From a virus (taxonomy: Duplodnaviria > Caudoviricetes): a stretch of 64,000 nucleotides of DNA. Position 1 is the first letter of the stretch, and every line of letters starts with the position of its first letter. The stretch is from the IMG/VR virus record IMGVR_UViG_3300022848_000005. The stretch is one strand, 5' to 3'. The position numbers were made by a program, and so were the translations under genes. The notes below the pieces were generated by a model. It worked only from the letters and a program-made list of their open reading frames with translations. It was not told the DNA's origin and did no database searches. Below are positions 56,271 to 64,000 of the stretch, piece by piece.

Positions 56271-56299
56271 TTGACAGTTTGTCCAAAATATCATATAAT
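56271..56299 (+). promoter_or_regulatory. sigma70-type early promoter
   Basis: GGTTGACA-N17-TATAAT. Confidence 0.75.
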
Positions 56300-56333
56300 A
56301 CGTAGTATATTAACTAGTAAGGAGCTAAACAAG

Positions 56334-56726
56334 ATGGCTTACATTTCCAAAGAAGACGTTAAAGCAATTAGAGACGAGCTTAAAGCAACCTTCCCTAAGT
56401 TCAAGTTTGGTGTACGTAAAGCGACAGGTAGCATGAGCGTTAATGTTACTGTTAAGCAAGGCCCAACAGACTTTAGCGGGTTTTTTGCTCATGGTAACGG
56501 CTATGCTCAGATTAATCATTACCACACTGGTAACTACGGTGAGCATGCAAAGTTCTTTGAGGAGATTGTTAAGATTATCAAGACTGCTCCTATTAACGGT
56601 AACGGATACCACAAAGGACGTGGTCACTATGATAACAGTGACGCACAATTTGACTACTACGACACTGCCTACTACATGAGTTTAGATGTAGGTAAGTGGA
56701 ACGACCCATATACAGTTTCAGCTTAA
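56334..56726 (+). CDS. Early hypothetical protein (LPD29-like)
   Basis: IS...VKAIR..LKA.FP..KF.VR motif; AAGGAG RBS before ATG 56334. Confidence 0.5.
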   Translation: MAYISKEDVKAIRDELKATFPKFKFGVRKATGSMSVNVTVKQGPTDFSGFFAHGNGYAQINHYHTGNYGEHAKFFEEIVKIIKTAPINGNGYHKGRGHYDNSDAQFDYYDTAYYMSLDVGKWNDPYTVSA

Positions 56727-56736
56727 GGAGAATCAT

Positions 56737-57283
56737 ATGTTAAAAGACTACATAGATTTAATGCACATTAGGTTTGATGACGATACCAGTTACTATTTTA
56801 AGCCAGGTACTTTCTGTTTACTCGAAGCAGGTTGGGACACAGTTCGAGACTACGAAAGAGTTACTGTTCCTAACAATGAGTACGAAGCAAAGAACGCAGG
56901 GGTCGCAATATAATGATTAGATTTATTCTTGGACTAGTAGTTGTATTTGGCGCATTGGGCGGTGCGGATCAAGGCACATTGGGTCTACTACAATCTACGC
57001 TGACAGCAGTAGGTGGCTTGCTCTTAATGCTCTGGGCATTGCCTAAAATCAAACAGCAATACGGTGACTACAGATGAAGGCTATTCTAATAGCAACTATG
57101 TTGTCAACTGGTAATGTGCAGACTATGGCGTTCCAGGATTACTTTAGTTGTGTTGAGTATGCTAACAGAAACAGTGGTCAGATATATCAAATGGAATGTG
57201 TGCCTGCTTCAGATGGTGCGGCAGAACATGGTGTTAAAGGCTTCTATAAATTAACCAAAATTATTGGTATATTTAGAAAATAA
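56737..57283 (+). CDS. Three small coupled early ORFs (58 aa; 54-aa membrane peptide; 69 aa)
   Basis: ATG 56737 after AAGGAG; TAATG and ATGA overlaps; only the last ORF is in the track. Confidence 0.45.
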
Positions 57284-57287
57284 CCGT

Positions 57288-57316
57288 TTGACATTTTATT
57301 AGAGTGGCTTTATAAT
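57288..57316 (+). promoter_or_regulatory. sigma70-type early promoter
   Basis: TTGACA-N17-TATAAT, then AAGGAGG RBS. Confidence 0.75.
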
Positions 57317-57347
57317 TCAATAACATTTTAATTTAAGGAGGCATATT

Positions 57348-58679
57348 ATGGCACTCTCGATGAAGGTCATAGAAAAAAAGTTCGACTTAGACTATACCGC
57401 AAGGGTACTTGATAAGAAGTTTAAAATAGCTGCCAAAACCGTAAAACCAGTTACTAATATTATTAAGGCTCGACCTTACACTGACGAGGAAAGAGACGCA
57501 TACGTTAAGACCAATCCTACCCCAAGTAGAGAGGATAAACTTGTACAGGTGTTGTATACACGTGGTGCCAGTGATGTCGATCAGATTATTGCGTTCCTAT
57601 TATTACAGGGAGATGGTAAGATCGAAGTACCTCCTGTTGAACAAGGGGCGATGCAATACGATGCTGTCAATAATTTAAAATACAAGGGCAACCCTAAATG
57701 GACTAAACTTGCTAAGTTGGTTAACATGGCAGCCAAATACGATTGTTATCCAGTTGCGGCTAAAAGACAAGGCGGTACTGATTTTAATAAGCCTGGCGCC
57801 ATCGATCATTGGGGCAAGTTCCAAGCTCTAAAAGACCAGAGCAAAGATTTACAGGAATACGTATTTAAAACTCATTATACATATTGGCATCACAAAAAAG
57901 TTGATCAGGCGGAGATTGTCTTTCTTAGTGATATAAGAAAGGAAACAAATAATCCTGCCGATGAAATTATTCAATTCGTTTATGGCGTAGTGCAAAAGAA
58001 GTATGGGTCCTGGGACAAGGCATATAAACACCTACGTAAGGCTTATGAAAACTGGTTCCGTCATGTACGTTATGACGGTAACAAAATGAAGAAGGTGGAA
58101 AACAATGATCAGGCTATTGTAGGTGCATTGTTGCAGATGTATGTAGATGAATATGGTGGTAAGGAGTATCCAGGTAATTTACACAAAAAATATATTGAAA
58201 GCGGCTACAAAATAATAGACTTTGTTGATCCTAAAATTATTAAGGATGTAGAAAATAAAAACAAGATCAACTTAGAGCTCAATGACCGTGAGCATAATGA
58301 GATTATAGATACCAATATTTTCACCAACAGACCCAAGTCTAAAAGACGTATTGTAGACCTGATTGACAGTGTGATTGCTTCTAGTGCGGCTAGGAAAGCA
58401 ATGGATGCAATCATTGAAGAGAAGGGTAAGTTGTCAGAGCCTCCAAGAAGATATTTACATTGGTTCAGACTAGGTGACCTTATCATAAAAGAGGATCGTC
58501 AACGACGTCATCAAGTTAAAAATAATGTTAGTATTTTCCAGAACGATTATCATACAAAACATTCTGCCCCGGCTATTGGTGTTATGACCGACCAAGGTGA
58601 GATGCATATATTAGATTCACAACATACGTTAACAGGCAATCAAGCGGCAACTGAGTATGGAGTAATTGAGAATGTCTAA
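57348..58679 (+). CDS. ParB-like (D[G/S]QHT) protein with apparently permuted domain order
   Basis: LII.ED.QR...AIG...ILDSQHT lies at the C-terminus; AFLLLQGDGK...PGAI...AYENW lies in the N-terminal half. Confidence 0.55.
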   Translation: MALSMKVIEKKFDLDYTARVLDKKFKIAAKTVKPVTNIIKARPYTDEERDAYVKTNPTPSREDKLVQVLYTRGASDVDQIIAFLLLQGDGKIEVPPVEQGAMQYDAVNNLKYKGNPKWTKLAKLVNMAAKYDCYPVAAKRQGGTDFNKPGAIDHWGKFQALKDQSKDLQEYVFKTHYTYWHHKKVDQAEIVFLSDIRKETNNPADEIIQFVYGVVQKKYGSWDKAYKHLRKAYENWFRHVRYDGNKMKKVENNDQAIVGALLQMYVDEYGGKEYPGNLHKKYIESGYKIIDFVDPKIIKDVENKNKINLELNDREHNEIIDTNIFTNRPKSKRRIVDLIDSVIASSAARKAMDAIIEEKGKLSEPPRRYLHWFRLGDLIIKEDRQRRHQVKNNVSIFQNDYHTKHSAPAIGVMTDQGEMHILDSQHTLTGNQAATEYGVIENV

Positions 58680-59040
58680 TAGTTTGTTATACATATTTGC
58701 ATCACCGGGACTATATTCTAGTTCTGGTTTTGGCATAACAACTAATATTAACAGGAGAATACAAGCCTATATGAGCCATATAGGCCCACTTGCAGACAAC
58801 TTTGAGATGAAGTATGTATATAAAGGTTTATCAGGTCTGATAGAAACTTTAGAAGATGACATTAAAGGGCTATTGTCTCACGACGTTTGGCAACCAGAGC
58901 ATCAGAGTACAGGCAATATATGGTATACTGAATGGACAATTACTACACCGTATAATAATTTGAAAGAGTTAGTTGATAAAACTATTAGCGATAACTTCTA
59001 TGACATATCGCTTTATAAAACGAACTTAAAATTGCAATGA
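58666..59040 (+). CDS. GIY-YIG/T5orf172-like protein
   Basis: LYI.......GFGITTN..RR...Y and distal LE..IK motifs. Confidence 0.45.
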   Translation: MRMSNSLLYIFASPGLYSSSGFGITTNINRRIQAYMSHIGPLADNFEMKYVYKGLSGLIETLEDDIKGLLSHDVWQPEHQSTGNIWYTEWTITTPYNNLKELVDKTISDNFYDISLYKTNLKLQ

Positions 59041-59071
59041 TTACTAAATTTACATATATAGACTACAGACT

Positions 59072-59479
59072 ATGGACTATAATATACTTAAACGAGTAGA
59101 CGAGCGTATTGAGCATCGTTGCACTAGCGAAAATATAAAACTCACGACAATAGAGTGTAAGAGCTGGTTAGAGGGTAGGAAAGGCTATAATCGCCGTAGA
59201 GGTGTCTATGTTATCACAGACCCTGTCAGGGTCATATACGTGGGTAAGGGATTCTTTAGTGCTCGTAACAAGAGCCATTACGATAAAGCCATTAACAAGG
59301 CTAACTACAACCCCAAGGGCTGGATTTACCTTAAAGAAACAATAGATTACGACATCACAAACTGGGTGCTCACTATAGTTGAGCTTGATTCTGAAGTAGA
59401 TATCACGTTCCTAGAGGGCGCCTTAATTAAGGATTTGCAACCCTACGCAAACGATGAAGTGCATGCAGATCGTAAGTAA
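59072..59479 (+). CDS. GIY-YIG nuclease-like protein
   Basis: GVYVI....VIYVGKG....R...H and LE..LI..LQP..N motifs. Confidence 0.65.
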   Translation: MDYNILKRVDERIEHRCTSENIKLTTIECKSWLEGRKGYNRRRGVYVITDPVRVIYVGKGFFSARNKSHYDKAINKANYNPKGWIYLKETIDYDITNWVLTIVELDSEVDITFLEGALIKDLQPYANDEVHADRK

Positions 59480-59511
59480 TTAATTTTATTGAACTTCTTT
59501 TTTGCCCAAAA

Positions 59512-59584
59512 GGTTGACATATGGTCGGAGTGAACCTATAATATAGTTATACTGTTAATAAAGAAGAGGGGAAACAAGATGACT
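59512..59584 (+). repeat. 73-bp promoter-RBS-ATG cassette, copy 2
   Basis: See copy 1 at 55848-55920. Confidence 0.95.
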
Positions 59585-59821
59585 AATAACTACTTTGAAA
59601 ACTTAGTTGAACAAGAAGTTGATATAGTACTTGATACTGCTGTTAAGAGTTCTTTCTACCAGAAAGAATGGTGCTCGGGCACATTGTTTATTAACGGCGT
59701 GGCCCAAAGTGAAATGGATCAAGTGCTCAGCAGACTCAGTGAAGTTTACGGTAATGTGTTAATGAACAGAATGGGCGACACTGACGAATACGCATTTGAC
59801 TTTGCATTACAAGGAGAATAA
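59579..59821 (+). CDS. Early hypothetical protein
   Basis: Starts inside the repeated cassette. Confidence 0.55.
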   Translation: MTNNYFENLVEQEVDIVLDTAVKSSFYQKEWCSGTLFINGVAQSEMDQVLSRLSEVYGNVLMNRMGDTDEYAFDFALQGE

Positions 59822-60116
59822 AATGGAACAACAATTAGAAATCCTAAAGCAAAAAATGATTCAAGACTACAACAGTCGTTGCGATAATGTAGACATGCAG
59901 AAAGAGTTTGCTGACGGTATTGAGATCCGTGAAGGCAAGAAGTATTACAAAGTTACCAGCAACCGCTGTGTTCACAGTTTTATTGTTAAGCAGGACGGGG
60001 TAAAGTTTCGCAAGGGTGACATACTCAAAGCCGCATGTTATGCCGCACCAGCAACCAACTTTGCACGTGGTAACATATTAGAAGATTTTGAGATTAGATG
60101 GACAGGAGCAATTTAA
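59821..60116 (+). CDS. Conserved early hypothetical protein
   Basis: KYYKV...VHSFI.K.D..KF.KGDILKAA...APA.N.ARGNI motif. Confidence 0.6.
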
Positions 60117-60122
60117 ACGAAC

Positions 60123-60278
60123 ATGTTAGAAAACCCAGGTGCTAACATAATCAAAGTAACAGGTAGCAGTGGTAACACATACGAAGTGGACACTGATAGC
60201 AAGACCTGTAGTTGTCCTGGATTTCAATTCCGTGGTAAATGTAAACATGTATTTAATACATGTTTACATTTACTGTAA
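60123..60278 (+). CDS. Small SWIM zinc-finger protein with rearranged C-terminus
   Basis: Not in the ORF track. [11 protein letters not shown]......[15 protein letters not shown]; paralog of the 54341 domain. Confidence 0.7.
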   Translation: MLENPGANIIKVTGSSGNTYEVDTDSKTCSCPGFQFRGKCKHVFNTCLHLL

Positions 60279-60293
60279 ATGTAAACATGTATT
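60235..60293. repeat. Inverted triplication of a 19-bp unit (A-t-A'-t-A)
   Basis: gtaaatgtaaacatgtatt / aatacatgtttacatttac / gtaaatgtaaacatgtatt. Confidence 0.95.
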
Positions 60294-60302
60294 GGAGGCA
60301 AC

Positions 60303-60559
60303 ATGAACGAACGAATTAGACTACTTGCTCTACAGTCCGGCATGCTTGAAATACTCAAAGACCACGCCGCAGAATATGGAAACGGTACGCTTGAGAATAC
60401 CCCATATTTAGAATTAGAAAAGTTCGCCGAGTTGATTGTTCGGGAATGTGTCATGTTTATTGATGTAGGTGCGTCAAAATTCAGTGACGGCAATGGCTGA
60501 GATCCAGTATTAGAGATATTGGTGACATGATTAAAGAACATCTTGGAGTTGAAGAATGA
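60303..60559 (+). pseudogene. Probable frameshifted small phage gene (MNERI...LEKFAELIVREC family)
   Basis: ORF stops at 60500, but the typical tail SIRDIGDMIKEHLGVEE continues in another frame to 60559. Confidence 0.45.
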
Positions 60560-60648
60560 GAACAGACGTTGTTATTGGCATGTTTCTAAGTAACACGCAA
60601 ATAGATGGCACATACTAAAGCGGCATGTAGACATGTATTGGAAATAGC

Positions 60649-60840
60649 ATGATCAAGGGCCTCGACCATGTAGGTGACGAACATGAATGCAATGTTTGCT
60701 CTTGCGAGTTTACAGATGATGAAGGTGGGATACTGGGGTATTTTGGTATAATACCAGTATCCTTTTGTCCTACCTGTTACAGTAGCATGGTTGACATGGT
60801 TACCCAAGACTTTGAATTAGCACACGGAGACGAGGTATGA
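60649..60840 (+). CDS. Small Cys-rich protein
   Basis: CNVC...G..G.IPV.FCPTC motif. Confidence 0.55.
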   Translation: MIKGLDHVGDEHECNVCSCEFTDDEGGILGYFGIIPVSFCPTCYSSMVDMVTQDFELAHGDEV

Positions 60841-60843
60841 ATA

Positions 60844-61143
60844 ATGGCTGATACACCAATAATTTATAGTAGTAACAGTACTATTACTAGTCATAATTAT
60901 GACCCATCCAATCATACTAAGAGTAGCACGCCAATAAATGGCACATTTAAAACATTAGCAATAAATGGTAGAGATGTTATGCAAGAGCTTGATGAAATTC
61001 GTAATTCACTACTGTTACTAAAGCGGCACGTAGATATGGAAGCTAAGTATCCTCGTCTTAAGGAAATAAAAGATGAGTACGAACAAACCTTAGCAAAATA
61101 CAAAACATTCGACATACTAGCGACAAAAGGAGTTGAAGAATGA
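60844..61143 (+). CDS. Hypothetical protein
   Basis: L.ING.DV...L.....LL.L.R...E.KYP.LK motif. Confidence 0.55.
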   Translation: MADTPIIYSSNSTITSHNYDPSNHTKSSTPINGTFKTLAINGRDVMQELDEIRNSLLLLKRHVDMEAKYPRLKEIKDEYEQTLAKYKTFDILATKGVEE

Positions 61144-61328
61144 GAACACCTAGATTCTATGTCGCTGATGAAATAAAATACTGGGAGGTCACTAGTCCTG
61201 ACAGTCTTGGTTTTATTAAATGTGTGAGACCCGGGTCCTGGCCAGGAATCAATATTAGAAAACGATTGAAAATGGCATGGTGGGCATTCACTGGCAAAGG
61301 CGATGTTCTTATGTGGGAGATTGAATAA
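61140..61328 (+). CDS. Small hypothetical protein
   Basis: R..MAW..FTGK.D.L.W motif. Confidence 0.5.
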   Translation: MRTPRFYVADEIKYWEVTSPDSLGFIKCVRPGSWPGINIRKRLKMAWWAFTGKGDVLMWEIE

Positions 61329-61372
61329 TGAGCGGCGATCATAATCAATATCAAAAATCAACTGGATGTGAA

Positions 61373-62698
61373 ATGATGAGAACACAACCGCAAGATATAA
61401 TTGCTAGACTAGAAGCAGACAATAGCAGACTTGCCAAAGAGGCTGTACTTGCAGACGCAATGACGGAAGGGTTAGATGAGTTCTTTGCGGGTCTTAACAT
61501 GTGTTTGGACAAGTTATACACATTTGGTGTTAAACAGGTTCCTGAAAAAAGCCATGAGTACTTGGGCTTATCGCAAGGGTTGGCATGGTCGGTATTCACA
61601 ACTCTAGCACACCAATTAAACTCTAGAGAGTTAACTGGCCACGCCGCCCGAGATGCTATCGAACTGGCATTGAGTGCCGCCACAGTGGAGCAATGGAACA
61701 AGTTCTACAGACGTATACTTATTAAGGATCTTCGTTGTGGTGTGAGTGAAAAGACTGTAAACAGTGTAGCCAAAAAACTTAAAAAGCCTGAGTATGCAGT
61801 GCCAGTGTTCAGTTGCCAACTGGCACACGATAGTGCTAACCATGAAAGCAAAGTGGCTGGTGAGAAGATGGTGGAGGTTAAACTGGATGGGGTCAGGGTG
61901 CTTACTATATGTTACCCAGATGGTACTGTGTCACAGTTCAGTCGCAACGGCAAGGAGTTCTACAACTTTGAACACATCAAACAACAGATCAGCAAGATAG
62001 AATTTACACAAGCAATGGTACTGGATGGTGAAGTAATGTCCAGCAGTTTCCAGGACTTGATGAAACAGGTCCATCGTAAAGACAATGTTGAAGCAAGTGA
62101 CGCAGTATTACACTTATTTGACATCGTGCCCCTGAGCGAATTTAATGGGGGTAGTAGTACCAAGACACAACTGGCTCGCAGTCAAGAGCTTGCAGACTGG
62201 TATACCGCTCACAAAACAGCACTACCTAATGTTAAAATCTTAGACTATGAAATATTGGATTTAAATACCGATAGTGGCACCAACAGATTCCAAGAGATCA
62301 ATAAACTTGCAATTGCTGGTGGTTACGAAGGTATAATGATCAAGGATGTGGACGCAGTATACGAATGTAAACGCACACATAGTTGGTTAAAATTAAAGCC
62401 ATTTATTGAAGTAACACTCGAGGTAACAGGTGTCGAACAAGGCACGGGGAGAAATGAAGGTAAGCTCGGAGCGTTGGTATGCTCTGGGACTGATGATGGA
62501 AAAGAGATTCAAGTTAATGTTGGTAGTGGTTTTTCAGACGACGACCGACAAGAATTTTGGAGTTATCGCATTTCTATCATTGGTCATTTAGTGGAAGTAC
62601 GTGCTGATGCTGTAACACAAAATCAGGATGGTACTTTCAGTTTACGATTCCCACGGTTCTTAAGATTCCGTGGATTTAACATTAAGGAAAAAGTATGA
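61373..62698 (+). CDS. lig: ATP-dependent DNA ligase
   Basis: EVKLDGVR (KxDG), LDGE, FDI, EGIMIK, WLKLK and SLRFPRF..FR motifs. Confidence 0.95.
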   Translation: MMRTQPQDIIARLEADNSRLAKEAVLADAMTEGLDEFFAGLNMCLDKLYTFGVKQVPEKSHEYLGLSQGLAWSVFTTLAHQLNSRELTGHAARDAIELALSAATVEQWNKFYRRILIKDLRCGVSEKTVNSVAKKLKKPEYAVPVFSCQLAHDSANHESKVAGEKMVEVKLDGVRVLTICYPDGTVSQFSRNGKEFYNFEHIKQQISKIEFTQAMVLDGEVMSSSFQDLMKQVHRKDNVEASDAVLHLFDIVPLSEFNGGSSTKTQLARSQELADWYTAHKTALPNVKILDYEILDLNTDSGTNRFQEINKLAIAGGYEGIMIKDVDAVYECKRTHSWLKLKPFIEVTLEVTGVEQGTGRNEGKLGALVCSGTDDGKEIQVNVGSGFSDDDRQEFWSYRISIIGHLVEVRADAVTQNQDGTFSLRFPRFLRFRGFNIKEKV

Positions 62699-62937
62699 AA
62701 AATTATATTGAATTTATTAAATGGTATGCAAGTGGATTTAATCTTAAAGATGAGATAACCAGGTGGTTCTTATGGCTTCTTTTGGTGATTGTTGGATCGG
62801 CTGTATTTGGGCATCCAGAGTATTGGTTTTTTGGAATGCTACTATTGATACTGCTTGATCTTTGTGTTGGTATGATACACTGGAAGTATAAAGAATTCAA
62901 AAGTGAAACTTCAACGAGCGGCAATAAGGAATCCTAA
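62695..62937 (+). CDS. Small two-TM membrane protein
   Basis: Two hydrophobic segments. Confidence 0.5.
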   Translation: MKNYIEFIKWYASGFNLKDEITRWFLWLLLVIVGSAVFGHPEYWFFGMLLLILLDLCVGMIHWKYKEFKSETSTSGNKES

Positions 62938-62958
62938 CAGTTAAGGGCACACTCTTAA

Positions 62959-63225
62959 ATGGAACACGATAAAGATTCGTTAGCACGAAGGCGCCAATTA
63001 TTGAAGGATAAGATATATGGCAGTCTTAATGAAATTAGCCGTGAGGGATACAAGTTTTATTATGGACTTACTATTGAGTATTCAAAATTTCATGAAGAGT
63101 ATCATAATGACCTGTTAATTATTCTTTCACAATGGACAGCAGAGCTACGCAAAATAGAAAAAGATCAAGCAGATTACGACAGTAAGGAACACTTATTAAA
63201 ACAATTGAGTAAAAAAGAATATTAA
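62959..63225 (+). CDS. Hypothetical protein
   Basis: 88-aa ORF. Confidence 0.45.
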   Translation: MEHDKDSLARRRQLLKDKIYGSLNEISREGYKFYYGLTIEYSKFHEEYHNDLLIILSQWTAELRKIEKDQADYDSKEHLLKQLSKKEY

Positions 63226-63327
63226 TTGGTAACATAGACTATTGCATAAGTTAACAGATGTGTATATACTGTTATCATGTTGTTTAAAAAAACAACTACG
63301 TTTATTTTAATTAAGGAGAAATGCTAA

Positions 63328-63573
63328 ATGGCAAATCTATCAAAAGTACGAGGACAAAATAAATTCCTCGAAACACATTTACGTGGTACCGGCAGAACAT
63401 TGTCAACTGCACAAGCAAGCGCAAACTATGGTATTCAGCGTCTAGCCGCTCGAGTTTACGAACTCAGATCAGCTGGGCTTAACGTTACCACAGCTCGCAA
63501 CAAATCAGGCGCCACAGTATACAAGATCTCTGCACGAGATACAAAAGGCAGCCGAGCACGAGTATTTGCTTAA
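63328..63573 (+). CDS. Winged-HTH DNA-binding protein
   Basis: L..HL...G..LS...A...YGI.RLAARVYELR..G..V motif; AAGGAG RBS; terminator follows. Confidence 0.7.
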   Translation: MANLSKVRGQNKFLETHLRGTGRTLSTAQASANYGIQRLAARVYELRSAGLNVTTARNKSGATVYKISARDTKGSRARVFA

Positions 63574-63596
63574 TCTAGCAGTACTCTAAGACATAG

Positions 63597-63625
63597 GGCT
63601 AGTCGCAATGACTAGCCTTTTTTAC
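63597..63625 (+). terminator. Rho-independent terminator
   Basis: GGCTAGTC-gcaat-GACTAGCC-TTTTTT. Confidence 0.9.
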
Positions 63626-63795
63626 GGACAATCTTCCAGTATTACAAGCAAGCGATTTAGAATAAAGATATTAAAATGGACTGTAGCATTTTTACAACAT
63701 TTTAGTTAACTTGTTATATTTTAGCAACATTTACTGAACTAAATAAAATTACTGAAAATATTGTTCAGTAACATAATAAAAGGAAATTTTTAAAC

Positions 63796-64000
63796 ATGAA
63801 ATTATTAACAACTTTAGTAGCAACATTCTTCTTAGTAGCATGTGGCACAAACGAAGCAGAAGCAGATGACAATTGGAATACATCTGAACACAACTACAAC
63901 CTCAACAGTGGTAACTGGGGTGTAGAAGTTAGAACCATGGGCAACGATGATTACGATCACGTTGAAGGAAAGTACAAGTTATCTGACAGCTTAGAGCTTG
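63796..64000 (+). CDS. 3'-truncated exported protein (possible outer-membrane beta-barrel or lipoprotein)
   Basis: MKLLTTLVATFFLVACGTNEAEADD..., then alternating beta-strand-like sequence; runs off the window. Confidence 0.5.
   Translation, partial: MKLLTTLVATFFLVACGTNEAEADDNWNTSEHNYNLNSGNWGVEVRTMGNDDYDHVEGKYKLSDSLEL

Noticed and set aside
1-64000. Most short opposite-strand ORFs in the track (for example 608..805, 9656..9895, 13841..14443, 42732..43271, 60912..61385)
   Set aside because: They lie antisense within well-supported genes and have no RBS or motifs; they are shadow ORFs.
1-64000. tRNA, rRNA, tmRNA or integrase/transposase genes
   Set aside because: No T-loop (GTTCRA) cloverleaf, rRNA-like tract or recombinase motif recognised by eye. 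tRNAscan-SE or Infernal would be needed to exclude them formally.

Overview
AT-rich, gene-dense, almost entirely + strand segment of a large (jumbo-type, T4/Rak2-like) tailed-phage genome, probably from an aquatic proteobacterial host. The lineage and host are inferred from gene content, TATAAATA/ATAAATA late promoters and sigma70-type TTGAC-N17-TATAAT early promoters. Approximate layout: 1-8.5 kb late virion/head genes, a nucleotidyltransferase, IscA, a PD-(D/E)XK exonuclease and a tail fibre; 9-13.6 kb nrdA/nrdB/glutaredoxin; 13.9-16.5 kb PAAR, a virion protein and a SleB-type hydrolase; 19.7-22.6 kb clpX-rpsU(bS21)-hsp20-clpS-exoribonuclease; 26.7-37.2 kb csgF-csgG-curlin-repeat-FecR-PA14/curlin genes plus a CHASE2 adenylate cyclase, interrupted by queD; 37-45.7 kb radical-SAM, UDP-glucose dehydrogenase, amidinotransferase and oxygenase modification genes; 45.7-48 kb UV-damage endonuclease followed by a patch of gene fragments (truncated HicB, and a second UVDE remnant with an inverted loop); 48-51 kb lipoproteins and clpP; 53-61 kb early hyperplastic region with repeated promoter cassettes; then DNA ligase. 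I recognised no tRNA, rRNA, CRISPR array, integrase/transposase or reverse transcriptase. All family assignments come from motif recognition by eye, not database searches. The strongest leads are the curli/FecR/CHASE2-cyclase module, a 26-nt loop inverted between perfect 19-bp inverted repeats, a 73-bp repeated promoter-RBS-ATG cassette, an apparently circularly permuted ParB-like gene, an orphan truncated HicB and a shared N-terminal head-targeting-like motif.
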